A stretch of DNA of 54,219 bases, from positions 1 through 54,219 of IMG/VR virus record IMGVR_UViG_3300045257_000227; one strand, written 5' to 3'. Both the position numbers and the translations under genes were made by a program. The notes beneath the pieces were generated by a model. That model made no database searches. It saw only the letters and a program-made list of their open reading frames with translations, and was not told the DNA's origin. Origin of the DNA: a virus (lineage: Duplodnaviria > Caudoviricetes). Position 1 is the stretch's first letter. Every line of letters begins with the position of its first letter. Of the stretch, positions 10,025-20,380 are shown one piece after another.

Positions 10025-10579
10025 TTAAACGAAAGGCATTGGTTTTACAGGAGTACCATAGGGAGCGGGTGTGGTTTGGGGAGCCGTAATCGAGCCAGGT
10101 GTAAGCGGAATCTGATTGAAAATGCTCATCCCTGTATTCCCTGTCGTGGTTCCCGGATACTGCAATTGGGCGATATACTTTTGCAGCGCCAACTGGTCTT
10201 GCGCCAGCTTTTCATTCGCCGTCTGCGCCGATGACTGCAACCCGTATTGTTGCGTCTGTCCGGTCTGCGCCAAACCGAAATTTTGTTCCGCCAGCTTTTG
10301 GGCAAATTGTTGTGCGCTCACATTCAAACCGTACTGCTTGTTGTAAGCATCCGTCGCCGCCTGCAACTGGTCTTTCTGCAAACCAAGCTGGCCGGAAGCA
10401 TTTGCCGCCGCGTCCTTCTCCGCTTGGGTCTGCAATCCAAGGTTGGCGTCGAACTGCTGGCCGCGCTGCGCGAGTGACTGCTGTTGCAGTCCAAGGTTCT
10501 GCCCGAACTCGCTCGCCTGCTGGCCCTGCTTGTTGGTGAGCAACCCTTGCAGGTAGGTCAAAATGTTGTTGAAGTCCAT
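10025..10579 (-). CDS. Gln-rich putative ejection/DNA pilot protein
   Basis: Q/G/L/A-rich repeats (QQFxxNLGLQ); position after the tail genes is typical of podovirus ejection proteins. Confidence 0.6.
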   Translation of the reverse strand: MDFNNILTYLQGLLTNKQGQQASEFGQNLGLQQQSLAQRGQQFDANLGLQTQAEKDAAANASGQLGLQKDQLQAATDAYNKQYGLNVSAQQFAQKLAEQNFGLAQTGQTQQYGLQSSAQTANEKLAQDQLALQKYIAQLQYPGTTTGNTGMSIFNQIPLTPGSITAPQTTPAPYGTPVKPMPFV

Positions 10580-10582
10580 AGG

Positions 10583-11218
10583 CTAAAATGATTGGAGGTT
10601 GCCCGGTAATTGGCCGGTGATTTGATTGCCCAACCCAAGCGCCGATAGCATGGCTTGGAACTGGTTCAACTGGTTTTGTGTGTTGGCCTGATTTTGCTCG
10701 AACCCAAGGTTTTGCTGGAACTGCTGGTTCTGCTGGTTCTGGCCCTGGCTGAACTCGCTGCCCTGTTGCGCCAGATTTTGACCGAACTGCTGGTTCTGCA
10801 TCTGCTGGCCTTGGTTCGCCAGCGCGGGCGACGTGTAAGTACCGATGGTCTGCATCAAGTCCTGCAAACCTTGCTGCTGGTTTTGCTGCGCCTGTTGGCC
10901 GTACAAATCCGTTCCCCGCTGGCCGATGAAAGAGTTGATGTCCCCAGTGCCGCCGGGACCGCCAGCCGGTTGTCCCGCGCCGACACCCCAGTAAGCGTTT
11001 GTCGTCCGGGCTTGAGACACCGAAGGAAGCCCGTCCAACAAGTTCCCGATAGCTCCGGTTGCGCTTTTTGTCAGGTTGCCGATACCTGGTAAAACTGACT
11101 CCAAAAACTGCTGGCTGTTGGCACCGCCGGGCGGCTGGTTGAAACCGAAAGTCTTGGCCTGCATGATCGACGCCGGCTGCACGGGCTCGGAACTGTTTTG
11201 TGGGTTGCTATATGGCAT
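10583..11218 (-). CDS. Gln/Gly-rich putative ejection protein
   Basis: Low-complexity Q/G/N composition with the same QQFxQNL motif; tightly packed in the operon. Confidence 0.6.
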   Translation of the reverse strand: MPYSNPQNSSEPVQPASIMQAKTFGFNQPPGGANSQQFLESVLPGIGNLTKSATGAIGNLLDGLPSVSQARTTNAYWGVGAGQPAGGPGGTGDINSFIGQRGTDLYGQQAQQNQQQGLQDLMQTIGTYTSPALANQGQQMQNQQFGQNLAQQGSEFSQGQNQQNQQFQQNLGFEQNQANTQNQLNQFQAMLSALGLGNQITGQLPGNLQSF

Positions 11219-11221
11219 AGG

Positions 11222-12217
11222 TCAATACGGATTTTTGATTCTTCGGCCCATGACGGCGTTCACGCGGATGGGAGTTTGTTCGTCGCTGTTCTTGTCGCGC
11301 ATCTCAAAGTTCATTTCGCGCACGGCCTGCATGATGGCCGCTTCCGCGCCCGGCGTGTCCCCGGCCTCGTTTTGCTTGATGGAATTGAACATGTAGATAA
11401 GCGCATCCATGTTGTCAATCATCAGAAAATCCCGGTCGTTTTTGACCGGAATGAATTCGAGCTTTATTAACGCCTCGACGGTCGTCCAGCAAATGCCGTT
11501 GGCGTCGGGCTTCGAGGCATTGTACGGGCTCGACATGATGCGCGAACGGCGGATGCGAGGATTCGTGTCGTTCGGTTCAAATGCGGCCAAATCGCGCAAG
11601 GTGTTCGCGCTTGGATCGTACTCGTACAGGTAAGCCATGCCGTCGGTCGCCTGCCGGTTCACGGCGTCAATCCGGGTCACGAGGACAGAATTCGTCGCCC
11701 ACGGCGCGGCGGCGGTCAAAGTCATCCCGTTTTGCCATACCCCGTTGATTTGTTCCTGTAACGGTTGACCGCCGTACTGCGTGCCAAAAAGTGTGATTGT
11801 CTTGCCGATGTCCGTCGTTTTGGTCGTGTAGTAGCGGATGAGTTTTCCGGTCGTCCCGCTTACTTCGTTGGCGGTCGGCCCCAGGTTGGCATCCTCGACC
11901 ACCGCGTCACAGTGAAACCCGCTATGCCGGTGATGCGGCCCCACGAAAGAGAAATTGTTGTTGAACAGTTGACCGGGTTTGCTGCATCCGAACCGGATAC
12001 CCCGAACCGCCCCCACCCACCTTGGCCACGCGATAATACAACCGGAAACACAGAAGGCAACTACCCACTCGGTATCAAACCAGTCACCGCGCCGGAGCAA
12101 CATCCGTTGCGAACGGTTCACCAGATCAATGAACTTGGCCGATGACGCACAAACCGCCGAGGCTTCCACAAGTCCGAGTTCGGATTTTGCGTCAGCCAGG
12201 GTGAAGCGGTAAGCCAT
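11222..12217 (-). CDS. Putative head-tail adaptor (tail tubular protein A-like)
   Basis: 331 aa; N-terminal 'FIDLVNRSQRMLL...W' and helical C-terminus; adjacent to the nozzle-like gene. Confidence 0.55.
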   Translation of the reverse strand: MAYRFTLADAKSELGLVEASAVCASSAKFIDLVNRSQRMLLRRGDWFDTEWVVAFCVSGCIIAWPRWVGAVRGIRFGCSKPGQLFNNNFSFVGPHHRHSGFHCDAVVEDANLGPTANEVSGTTGKLIRYYTTKTTDIGKTITLFGTQYGGQPLQEQINGVWQNGMTLTAAAPWATNSVLVTRIDAVNRQATDGMAYLYEYDPSANTLRDLAAFEPNDTNPRIRRSRIMSSPYNASKPDANGICWTTVEALIKLEFIPVKNDRDFLMIDNMDALIYMFNSIKQNEAGDTPGAEAAIMQAVREMNFEMRDKNSDEQTPIRVNAVMGRRIKNPY

Positions 12218-12239
12218 GATGAGTAGTTATCCTTTTGTT

Positions 12240-15200
12240 TTACACGATGGTCAAGTTGATTGTGGCCGGTGCCAGTGTGCCGGCGTTCGACCCAAAGAAG
12301 CCATTCCCCACGTTGTCGGCCTGAAATACCAGCGTTGTGACGGCACCCGGCGGACAAACTATCGTCGCCACGCCGTCGAGTTTTCCACCGGGCGGGTAGC
12401 CGGGAGGTGTGGCAACCGCGCCGTCCTGCCGGTAATAAACCACCGCGCCGTTGAACTTGACTCCATGATAAACCCCGGCGCCGGTATCGGCTATCACGGG
12501 TATTTTGGCTTGCAGGGTCACAGGCGATGCGCTGTTGTTGCAAAAGCTTGCCGTGTAAAAAGCCGTCTCAGCAACCAGACAAGCGAAATTTCCATGCCAG
12601 TTTTGAACAACCGTCGGCGCCGCGCCTGTGCCGCCAAAGTTTATCGCGCAGCCGCCGCCGGTCTGTACCCACGTCAGGTTTGCCAACAAGCTCGCCCCAA
12701 CCCCAGGACACGCGATGTTGAGCGTTGGCGCAACTTGCGTGTAAAACGCCAGCGCCTTCGCGTCCGCTTCGGCCTGTGTCGTCCCGAAGAACAAACCCGC
12801 CGCGCCGATGACTGCGTTGTTCGCCGTGTCCACCGCGATGTACGGCGGCAACTGGCCGGTCGCCACTGGCCCAGTGCCCAAAGAACACATTGAAATCGGA
12901 CAATAATTCGACAGCGTGATAGTGCCGTTTGAAAACGGCTGCACAGGTCCGGGCGTCGGCAATGGCACGACCGGCGGGAAACCTTGCAGCCCATAAAGTC
13001 GGAAATTGTCCGGTTGGTCGCAGTCTATCAACTGACACGGAGCCTCGGTGCACTCGACCGGCGCGTACACCGTCTGCGGTATGGTGATACAAGACGCGCG
13101 CATCCCTTTGAACACGCACGAGCCGGTGATGACGACGCGGCATTGGAAGAAATAGCCGTTGCGGAGTGGCCGGTTGTTTCCGATCTCGCAAGGAGTCACG
13201 TCAGGCTCGCCCAGGCCGACGCGCATCCGGTAGCCCGGCTTGCTGTTGTTCGCGTCCGTGGACTGGCATACGTCGAATGAGTTCCATTTTGTCCAGCACG
13301 GGTAAAAATCAGGTCGATAATAAACGTCCACATGTACCGCGCCTTGGATGTCGCTCAAATAAACTTCGCCGTCGCGCAGTTGCACGAGGTCATTCAGGCT
13401 CTTGACGTTCTTGTTAAAAAGAACCGGCGTCTCGAATGCCCAAAGTATCGGCGTCACATCGTTGTCCGCAAACGACGTGGTTTTTTCCTTCAACGATTCG
13501 TAAAGTTCAATCTGGTTGGTCGTGTAATTGAAGGAGAAGGCGAAAGCACGGCGTACTCCGTTCACGCGGCCAACAATCATTTGTAAAATGTTGAGCCCCG
13601 TCCACAACCCTTCCCAAGCCGACGGCACGGTTGAACGCAGGGACGACAACAGGTCTGAATTGTTGACCACCACGCCCTGATGAATCACTCCCGCCGTGGT
13701 CGTTTGTGGTGAGACAGTTTCCACTTTGCGATTGTCGAAGGACATGCCGCTGCCGAAAGAGAGCAACGCTTGGCTGTCCGGGTCGAGAATCGTCCCGACT
13801 TCATTGCTGACAGATTTGTTGCCCGGACTGTTCTGGAAAAAGTCGCGCCGCGCAATGATGAGTGAACCGATGCCGATATTCGACCGGAAGTAGGTGTCCG
13901 AGTCGCAAATGAACGTGGAATTTTGACCAAGCGGCCCGTTGTCCTTGAGGGCTTCGGATTCAATCGGGCTGGTGATGTTGGCCCACGTCGCCGGGTCAGT
14001 GCCGATGACAAAGTTACTGAAAACCGAAAATGGCGTGCCAATCATCAACGGCCCTTGGCCTAGTGACGTATCGAGCAAGGGAGGAAACCAAATAGCGGTG
14101 ATCTGGTCGCCTGTGCCAGGCAGACGGAATGAGCCGCCGCCTTTCAGGAACGTGTTTTGCGTCATCTTCAAAACCGCGTCCCGGTAATTATTTGCCTGAG
14201 TGCCCGCGCCGGAGCCGACAACATCGCTGGTGACGTAACTTATTCCGTCCGTCAGACTCAACGCATTGACTCCCATCCCGTAAGCGCCCATTCGTCCGGC
14301 GGGAATTTCTGGTACTGAAACAATCGGTGAAGGATTTGTATAATTGAGGGTTTTGGTATCGGTCAGGTTAATCAACATCAGCGTGGTTCCGCTTGGTGGA
14401 GGCGCAACCGGCTGGATTGAAAACCAAGTCCCGTTTATTCGGACGAGTGTGCCGCTGGTGCCTGTGAACGGTTGCGTCAGATTGATGGTGATACTGCCGC
14501 CAGCACCCGGAACAACGAAGTCCGCGGCCGTGGCTCCGACAATAAACGATGTCCCGTTCAACGTGTTTGAAAGGATTGACCCGGCGGGAAGCGTGAAGGT
14601 GATATTGTTCACATTGGCCGAATTGCCAAAGATAACGAGTTGGATAAATCCCGCCCCTGAATCTATCGGCCCGCATTCCAAAGGAAGTTTAGACCCGTCG
14701 TAATTTGTGTAACCCGGAAACCCGGTGCCGGGATTTGGAGGAGCATTAAGGACAAGACCAGAGGCGTAAAGCGGTGACTGTCCGTTGTGAAAAACACTTG
14801 TGTCATTCACATAAATGTCCGGCTTGTTGGCGATTCCAGACGCGGCTTTGGTTGTGATGCCAACAGCGCCAGATACGACCACTACATTGTTCCCGGCTGG
14901 TATGGTTGAACCGGCAGGAGCCGTTATGTTGGTCAAGATGACTTGATAACCACCGGCATTTTGAATCGGCTGGTAGAACTCCCCGTTGAAAATCACCGGA
15001 ACATTGTAGGGTCCCGTATAAGCCTGGCTCAAAGTCACTGTCTCAATCGCTCCAATCGCCGGGGGTTTCACTGGAGCAAAGGCGATGGCCGTTCCCACAT
15101 TTACCGAAGGTCCGTAAGACCGCCGTGAGATTGTTCCGTCGTAAAAGATTGGAAGCTTGCCGGTGCCGTCTTGAACGATCATCCATTTTTCGGCTTGCCA

Positions 15201-15596
15201 CATCCAGATTTGTGAAACGTTCGGATCGTTCAAATCGCCGGGTACCGAAATGTCCAACACGTTCCACACGCTGCCGATTTCGGTAAACAGAATCAGGTGT
15301 CCGCTGATTTGTGCGATGAGCGATTCCGTCCCGTAGTCCGGTCGGTAATACCCGCCGCCTTGGAACAAACCCGTCTGCACGAGCGTTTGCAGGTTCGCAT
15401 CACCGTTGAAATTGAAAGTTTTCTTCTGGTACGGCGGTCGATGCGTGGCAAAGCCGCCGCGCACGGAAAGGTTCAAACCAAAGGCGAGTTGATTAGGGGG
15501 AAGCAAAAGCGGGGAGACGCCGCCGCTCATGCCGGCTTCAAATGAAGAAATCAGATCGTCATACGCTCGCGGCGAGAATGTTTTTTCGACAGGCAC
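12240..15596 (-). CDS. Putative tail nozzle / tubular protein B-like structural protein
   Basis: 1118 aa, beta-rich; N-terminal 'FEAGMSGGVSPLLLPPNQLAFGLNLSVRGG' pattern; C-terminal beta-rich appendage. Confidence 0.7.
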   Translation of the reverse strand: MPVEKTFSPRAYDDLISSFEAGMSGGVSPLLLPPNQLAFGLNLSVRGGFATHRPPYQKKTFNFNGDANLQTLVQTGLFQGGGYYRPDYGTESLIAQISGHLILFTEIGSVWNVLDISVPGDLNDPNVSQIWMWQAEKWMIVQDGTGKLPIFYDGTISRRSYGPSVNVGTAIAFAPVKPPAIGAIETVTLSQAYTGPYNVPVIFNGEFYQPIQNAGGYQVILTNITAPAGSTIPAGNNVVVVSGAVGITTKAASGIANKPDIYVNDTSVFHNGQSPLYASGLVLNAPPNPGTGFPGYTNYDGSKLPLECGPIDSGAGFIQLVIFGNSANVNNITFTLPAGSILSNTLNGTSFIVGATAADFVVPGAGGSITINLTQPFTGTSGTLVRINGTWFSIQPVAPPPSGTTLMLINLTDTKTLNYTNPSPIVSVPEIPAGRMGAYGMGVNALSLTDGISYVTSDVVGSGAGTQANNYRDAVLKMTQNTFLKGGGSFRLPGTGDQITAIWFPPLLDTSLGQGPLMIGTPFSVFSNFVIGTDPATWANITSPIESEALKDNGPLGQNSTFICDSDTYFRSNIGIGSLIIARRDFFQNSPGNKSVSNEVGTILDPDSQALLSFGSGMSFDNRKVETVSPQTTTAGVIHQGVVVNNSDLLSSLRSTVPSAWEGLWTGLNILQMIVGRVNGVRRAFAFSFNYTTNQIELYESLKEKTTSFADNDVTPILWAFETPVLFNKNVKSLNDLVQLRDGEVYLSDIQGAVHVDVYYRPDFYPCWTKWNSFDVCQSTDANNSKPGYRMRVGLGEPDVTPCEIGNNRPLRNGYFFQCRVVITGSCVFKGMRASCITIPQTVYAPVECTEAPCQLIDCDQPDNFRLYGLQGFPPVVPLPTPGPVQPFSNGTITLSNYCPISMCSLGTGPVATGQLPPYIAVDTANNAVIGAAGLFFGTTQAEADAKALAFYTQVAPTLNIACPGVGASLLANLTWVQTGGGCAINFGGTGAAPTVVQNWHGNFACLVAETAFYTASFCNNSASPVTLQAKIPVIADTGAGVYHGVKFNGAVVYYRQDGAVATPPGYPPGGKLDGVATIVCPPGAVTTLVFQADNVGNGFFGSNAGTLAPATINLTIV

Positions 15597-15597
15597 A

Positions 15598-16395
15598 TTA
15601 CGTCAGTTCAAGCGCCGTCAGTGATGCCTCAACGACATTGAAAGAGCCAGCCGAAGGGATCACGGACAACGATATAAAAGGCTGGATCACGTCCGACACG
15701 CCCGCAGTAGAATAGGGCACGTCACAGGTGATTTCCCCGAAACCGTAAGTGACCGTCGTAACGACCGCCGTTTGCAAAGTGGTCGAGGCAAGATTTGCTG
15801 CCGTGTTGTTCGTGCGCCGGATGGTGAGCGTGACCGTCTGGTTGGCCGCGAACGTCGCGCCAACGTAATCAAGTCTCAGTCGCGCGCGCAACAGATACGT
15901 TTTGCCTGCCGACCCTACCAGCGTCAAAGTTGAGGCAAGCGCCTGAGCCGGTGTTGCGGTCACGGCCTGAGAGCCGCCGGTCGCTGCACTCTGCGTAGCC
16001 AGCACGGTGAAACCAGCCGAACCTTGAACACCCGTCGGTGTCACACTGGCACCCGCCGCGATAACCACCGTCGGCGCGGAGTCGCCATTGTCGCCCTTGT
16101 TCCGCAACGTGACCGCCGGGGGTGAAGCCTGAATCGCGGTAACAAGGAAATGGGCAAGGTTGGTTCCGTCCGAAAGAAAAAGGCTCTGCCCTATCGCCAT
16201 CCACGAAACATTTGCCACGCCGATTTGAACCGTTGAATTGACCGCCGGAATGGTGAGGTTGGCCGTGGTGACCGTGAACGAGTTGACGCCGTTCGTGCCG
16301 TTGCTTCCCGCCGCGCCCGTGGCTCCCTGAGAACCTGGCACACTGATAATTTCAGGTGAAGGGCACGGACAATTTTTGTCCAGCGTCGTTGACAT
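15598..16395 (-). CDS. Putative tail fibre/needle-like structural protein with short collagen-like segment
   Basis: GSQGATGAAGSNGTNG Gly-X-Y run followed by T/A/V-rich beta sequence. Confidence 0.6.
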   Translation of the reverse strand: MSTTLDKNCPCPSPEIISVPGSQGATGAAGSNGTNGVNSFTVTTANLTIPAVNSTVQIGVANVSWMAIGQSLFLSDGTNLAHFLVTAIQASPPAVTLRNKGDNGDSAPTVVIAAGASVTPTGVQGSAGFTVLATQSAATGGSQAVTATPAQALASTLTLVGSAGKTYLLRARLRLDYVGATFAANQTVTLTIRRTNNTAANLASTTLQTAVVTTVTYGFGEITCDVPYSTAGVSDVIQPFISLSVIPSAGSFNVVEASLTALELT

Positions 16396-16399
16396 GACT

Positions 16400-16428
16400 C
16401 TCTTTTGCTCTGTATTTCCCCCTTTGTC
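16400..16428 (-). promoter_or_regulatory. Candidate sigma70 promoter for the tail operon, divergent from terL
   Basis: TTGACA on the minus strand (plus tgtcaa 16423-16428); weak -10 match. Confidence 0.35.
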
Positions 16429-16446
16429 AAAGCTATTTTGAAATCA

Positions 16447-18231
16447 ATGACTGATACCTTCGAGAAATACGGCTTTAATTGGGCCAACGGTTACGACCTC
16501 TTATCGCTCGAATTCAAGATGGTTCGCACCGCGCCGGTTGAAACCCGCGCCCGACATTATCTCGCCGTTCATGCCCTGCTCTGGCCGGAAGATGAACAAC
16601 ATCGCTGGTTCACCCTCGGAATAAAAACCATTGTCGAAAACAAAGTATCGGTCTTTCTCGGCTGTGCGTCCTCCGGCAAAACCTACACGATGGCCGTTCA
16701 CGCCCTGATTGATTTCTTCTGCTACCCGCACACGTCCCTTTCGCTCATCTCGTCCACGGAAAAACGTTCGCTCGAATTGAAAGTGTGGGGGCGCGTCAAA
16801 GAGTTGTTCAACCGCGCGAAGAACCGTTACGCCTGGCTTCCCGGTTACGTCCTCGAATCTTCCATGATCATCGCGCCGGACGACATCGACGAGGACAACG
16901 AACGCGCACGCGAGCTCAACCGCGGTATCGTCTGTGTGCCATGTGTTTCAGGCGGCCGCTTCATCGGCATGGGCAAGTTTCAAGGCGCCAAGCCGCCGCA
17001 TTCGCCCGGCAAAAACGACGGCATCTTGAAGCACTACGGCGATGAAGCCGCCGTCATGCAAACTTCCTTTCTCGATGCGTACACGAACTGGACTGTCTCG
17101 CCGGGTTTCAAAGGCGTCATGTCCGGCAACCCGACGGACATTTCCGATCCCCTGTGCATCGCCGCCGAACCGCAAGGCGGTTGGGATGTATTCGTTGACA
17201 CGGGCAAAACTCAGGAGTGGACTTCTCAGTGGTATCACGCCCGCGTCTTGGCCTTTGACGGTCGGGACACGCCGAACAACGACGACCCGGCTAAAATCTA
17301 TCCGTTCCTCGTGACCGCCGAGTGGGTCGAATCGCTCCGCAAGACGCACGGTGACGATTCGTGGCAGTTGTTTCAACAGGGCATCGGTAAGCCGTCGCGC
17401 GGCATGGTGAGCAACCGCGTCATCACCATCGGCCTGTGTCAAAGGAACAAGGCGTTCGACGCCGCGCTTTGGAAAGATGACACGTTTACCGACATCGGCG
17501 CTTTAGATCCTGCCTATGGCGGGGGTGACCGCTGCGTGTGGGGTATCATCCGCATCGGCACGGCGTTGGACGGCACGCAGATTATCGAAGTCCAGGAGCC
17601 GGAGATTATTCCCATTCGGTTGAACACCGGCACCGAACCCGAAGAACAAATCGCCCTGTACGTTTTCGACAAGTCCCAGGCGTTGAACCTGCAACCGCAG
17701 AACATTTTTTATGACTCATTCGGACGCGGCACGCTGGGACACGCTTTTGCCGCCAAGTTTGGTTCGGTGTGTCCTATCCCGGTGGACTCCGGCGCACGGC
17801 CCACCGCGCGCCCAGTGCGGTTTGATTTGTTCGTCGAGGAACGCGACGGTTCACGCCGGCTGAAACGGTGTGACGAGCATTATTCCAAGTTCGTGACTGA
17901 AATGTGGTTTTCCACCCGTGAAGCGATTGAATCTCAACAGGTGCGTAGCCTGCCGCGTTCCGTGGCCGACGAGGGACAGTTGCGCCTGTTTGAAATCGTG
18001 GCGAGCAACAAGATTGAAGTGGAGTCGAAGGACGACATGAAGGAGCGCGTGCGGAAGTCGCCCGACTTGTACGACTGGTTTTCCATCGCCGTGGAGGGCG
18101 CGCGACAACGCAACTTCAAAATCAAACGGATTGGGCTGTCCGTTGACACGAAGAAGAAGCCCGACGCGCTGGACAAGATGCTGAAAGAATTCAGGGAAGC
18201 GCGGGAGTCGAAGCTGTTGAAGGCGCGGTAA
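16447..18231 (+). CDS. terL: Terminase large subunit
   Basis: Walker A GCASSGKT, Walker B YGDEAA, coupling motif SGNP, nuclease ALDPAYGGGDRC, C-terminal KSPDLYD. Confidence 0.92.
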   Translation: MTDTFEKYGFNWANGYDLLSLEFKMVRTAPVETRARHYLAVHALLWPEDEQHRWFTLGIKTIVENKVSVFLGCASSGKTYTMAVHALIDFFCYPHTSLSLISSTEKRSLELKVWGRVKELFNRAKNRYAWLPGYVLESSMIIAPDDIDEDNERARELNRGIVCVPCVSGGRFIGMGKFQGAKPPHSPGKNDGILKHYGDEAAVMQTSFLDAYTNWTVSPGFKGVMSGNPTDISDPLCIAAEPQGGWDVFVDTGKTQEWTSQWYHARVLAFDGRDTPNNDDPAKIYPFLVTAEWVESLRKTHGDDSWQLFQQGIGKPSRGMVSNRVITIGLCQRNKAFDAALWKDDTFTDIGALDPAYGGGDRCVWGIIRIGTALDGTQIIEVQEPEIIPIRLNTGTEPEEQIALYVFDKSQALNLQPQNIFYDSFGRGTLGHAFAAKFGSVCPIPVDSGARPTARPVRFDLFVEERDGSRRLKRCDEHYSKFVTEMWFSTREAIESQQVRSLPRSVADEGQLRLFEIVASNKIEVESKDDMKERVRKSPDLYDWFSIAVEGARQRNFKIKRIGLSVDTKKKPDALDKMLKEFREARESKLLKAR

Positions 18232-18232
18232 C

Positions 18233-18266
18233 AAAAATCCCCGACAGCCGAAGCTGCCGGGGATAG
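18233..18266. terminator. Intrinsic terminator between convergent genes
   Basis: Hairpin ATCCCCGACAGC-CGAA-GCTGCCGGGGAT (TTCG loop on minus strand) with AAAAA flank, giving a U-tract on the minus strand. Confidence 0.75.
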
Positions 18267-18292
18267 TCAACCCGTACCCTTGCAATTGAAAC

Positions 18293-18832
18293 TTACGCGG
18301 GGGTAGCCGTGACTTCCAGCGAATTCGGAGATTCACCGGCAGAGTTCACGGCGGAAACGACGTAGAACACCGGCACGCCGGTCTTGGCGCTGGTGTCCAC
18401 GAACGAAGGGGACGTGATGGGGAGCGCCGTGGTCAACGTCGTGTAAGGCCCGCCGGAGACGGTGGAAGCCTTCACCATGTAGTTGGCGGCTCCCGGCGAG
18501 GCCGTCCAAGCGAGGGCGACCGAGGCCGTGCCAGCGGTGGCCCCAACGCCCGTGGGAGCGGCGGGAAGGGCGACGGGCGTGACGAGCTTGGCAAGCGCGT
18601 TCAGGTCGGTTGTCAGTTTGTTCAGCGCATCCACGGCGGGTTGCGGAACGGAGCCACTACTCGGCAACGCTTTGACAGCGTCGGCGATGGCGTTTACTTG
18701 GGTGTCGACTGCGGTGATAGCCGCAGCGAGGTCGATGATGTTCATAATTCTTATCTCACTTTCTTTGATGGCACAGATTATTTGCTCGACCGCCTCTGCC
18801 AGTTTTCGGTCGAAGTGTTTTTGGGAAATCAC
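18293..18832 (-). CDS. Coiled-coil plus fibronectin type III domain protein
   Basis: PAAPTGVGATAG...VALAWTASPGAANYMVK...GGPY...FYVVSAVNSAGESPNS is a classic FN3 signature. Alternative start at ATG 18745. Confidence 0.85.
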   Translation of the reverse strand: MISQKHFDRKLAEAVEQIICAIKESEIRIMNIIDLAAAITAVDTQVNAIADAVKALPSSGSVPQPAVDALNKLTTDLNALAKLVTPVALPAAPTGVGATAGTASVALAWTASPGAANYMVKASTVSGGPYTTLTTALPITSPSFVDTSAKTGVPVFYVVSAVNSAGESPNSLEVTATPA

Positions 18833-18858
18833 AATGCAGTTTGCGCCCGTGGCGCGGT

Positions 18859-19275
18859 TTAGTCAATGGGGTGTTCTACTATCCCGAAGTCGGGGTGCTT
18901 CGTTTTCATGTGACGGGCGAGTTGACTGAAATTGCGCTTACAACAAGGACAAGTTCCCACCGAAACTCGTTTCCTCATTTTTGTGACGACGCCTCTTGTT
19001 GCGGTCAACGACGCCTCTGCTACTTCGCGCTGTTGCTTCTGCCGTGCCACTTCATTTGTTTCCCAAGTCAACTTACGTTCGAGTTCCTTGATTTTCTTCT
19101 GGTCATCGGATTCTCTCCAACAAGTCAGTTTTCCGCACGCAGGGCAAGTAACGGAACCGATTGCATCGGTTACAGCCCGTTTGTAAAGCTCTGACGTGAT
19201 GCCAAACGGTATGCCGCAAGTGTAGCATGTGACCACCTTAAAAGTTTGGGTTATAATATCGGTGAACTGTGTCAT
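18859..19275 (-). CDS. Zn-finger/coiled-coil phage protein
   Basis: CYTC...CPAC, coiled coil, then C2H2-like CPCC..F..L.RHM...HP. Confidence 0.8.
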   Translation of the reverse strand: MTQFTDIITQTFKVVTCYTCGIPFGITSELYKRAVTDAIGSVTCPACGKLTCWRESDDQKKIKELERKLTWETNEVARQKQQREVAEASLTATRGVVTKMRKRVSVGTCPCCKRNFSQLARHMKTKHPDFGIVEHPID

Positions 19276-19276
19276 A

Positions 19277-19987
19277 CTATTCCTCCCTCTCCCGGTGCGC
19301 CTCGACGACCGCCTCAAGCGCCTCGTCAAACCCCTTGGCCTCGTCCTTCCCAAGATTCTCGGCGATCAGTTCCCGGAACCGTTTCACCGATTTGGAAACC
19401 TGGTCACACCGATGTTTGTACGCCGGTTGCTCCGCATCCAGACGTTCCTCCAGCGTCACCTTGCCGGGGATGTTCACGCGCAACGCGCCGTACCATTTCC
19501 CTTTCAGCCGGCCAACCGCCAGCACGCCGGCAGACTGCCCCGCCATGGAAAACAAGGCAATCTCCTCCCGTGCCTCAAACTTCGATTCGGATTCGAGCAG
19601 TTCCGTTTGATAATCGTCCTGGGTCATCGGTTCGATGACGACGGGCTCAATGTGTATCCAGCCGTTTTCGCCGTGCTGCTCGATGGCCAAGTTGTACTCC
19701 GCTTCCAGATAGAAACATTTCTTGCCTTGCGCGCGTTCGAGCACGGTGATGCACCGCTTGTCGCGCATCTCGAACCCGGCGTTGATCGTGGCGCGGAGCG
19801 TGGTCATGCGGGCTTCCGCCTCGGTGATGCGGGATTTGAGCACCGCCTTTTGCGCGTCGGCGTCGGCGTTGACCGACTGCACGTTATCGAAGGCTTGGCC
19901 GAATTCAACATTCAGGTCCGCGACTTCGCCGGCGTTGAACGTGTGTTTTACTTTTTTGACTATGGCTTTGGGTTTGTTCGTGTTCAT
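19277..19987 (-). CDS. Hypothetical phage protein
   Basis: 236-aa ORF with coding-like composition, packed in the operon. Confidence 0.75.
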   Translation of the reverse strand: MNTNKPKAIVKKVKHTFNAGEVADLNVEFGQAFDNVQSVNADADAQKAVLKSRITEAEARMTTLRATINAGFEMRDKRCITVLERAQGKKCFYLEAEYNLAIEQHGENGWIHIEPVVIEPMTQDDYQTELLESESKFEAREEIALFSMAGQSAGVLAVGRLKGKWYGALRVNIPGKVTLEERLDAEQPAYKHRCDQVSKSVKRFRELIAENLGKDEAKGFDEALEAVVEAHREREE

Positions 19988-20005
19988 GCGTTTTGTGTTT
20001 CTGTT

Positions 20006-20371
20006 CTATTCGATGATGAGAATTTTTCTCACGTTACCCGAACACTTGTCGGGATGGCCGGAATATCCCCACCAATGGAGATACCACTCATCGTGTTTAA
20101 CTGGGTTCATTGGATGCCCTGACCATTTTTGCATCTTCCACATTTTCCCTTCGTACACCCCCGTCGGTTGAGACTGGGTATAATCCGCGAGCTCGTTGAA
20201 ATCGGCACGAGACATAAGGGCATGTGCGTCGTCGATCAGAATATTTTCTGTCTTTGGTTGCTTCCAATACTTGCCCATTGGATGAACGATGGGTGGAATT
20301 ATATTCGTTTCGATATGCCTCGGTACTGGCTGAGACAATGCTTTTTCAACAGCCGATTGAAGCGTGTTCAT
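20006..20371 (-). CDS. Hypothetical phage protein
   Basis: 121 aa, Trp-rich (HPMGKYWKQP; PTGVYEGKMWK). Confidence 0.75.
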   Translation of the reverse strand: MNTLQSAVEKALSQPVPRHIETNIIPPIVHPMGKYWKQPKTENILIDDAHALMSRADFNELADYTQSQPTGVYEGKMWKMQKWSGHPMNPVKHDEWYLHWWGYSGHPDKCSGNVRKILIIE

Positions 20372-20380
20372 GCGTTTTTA

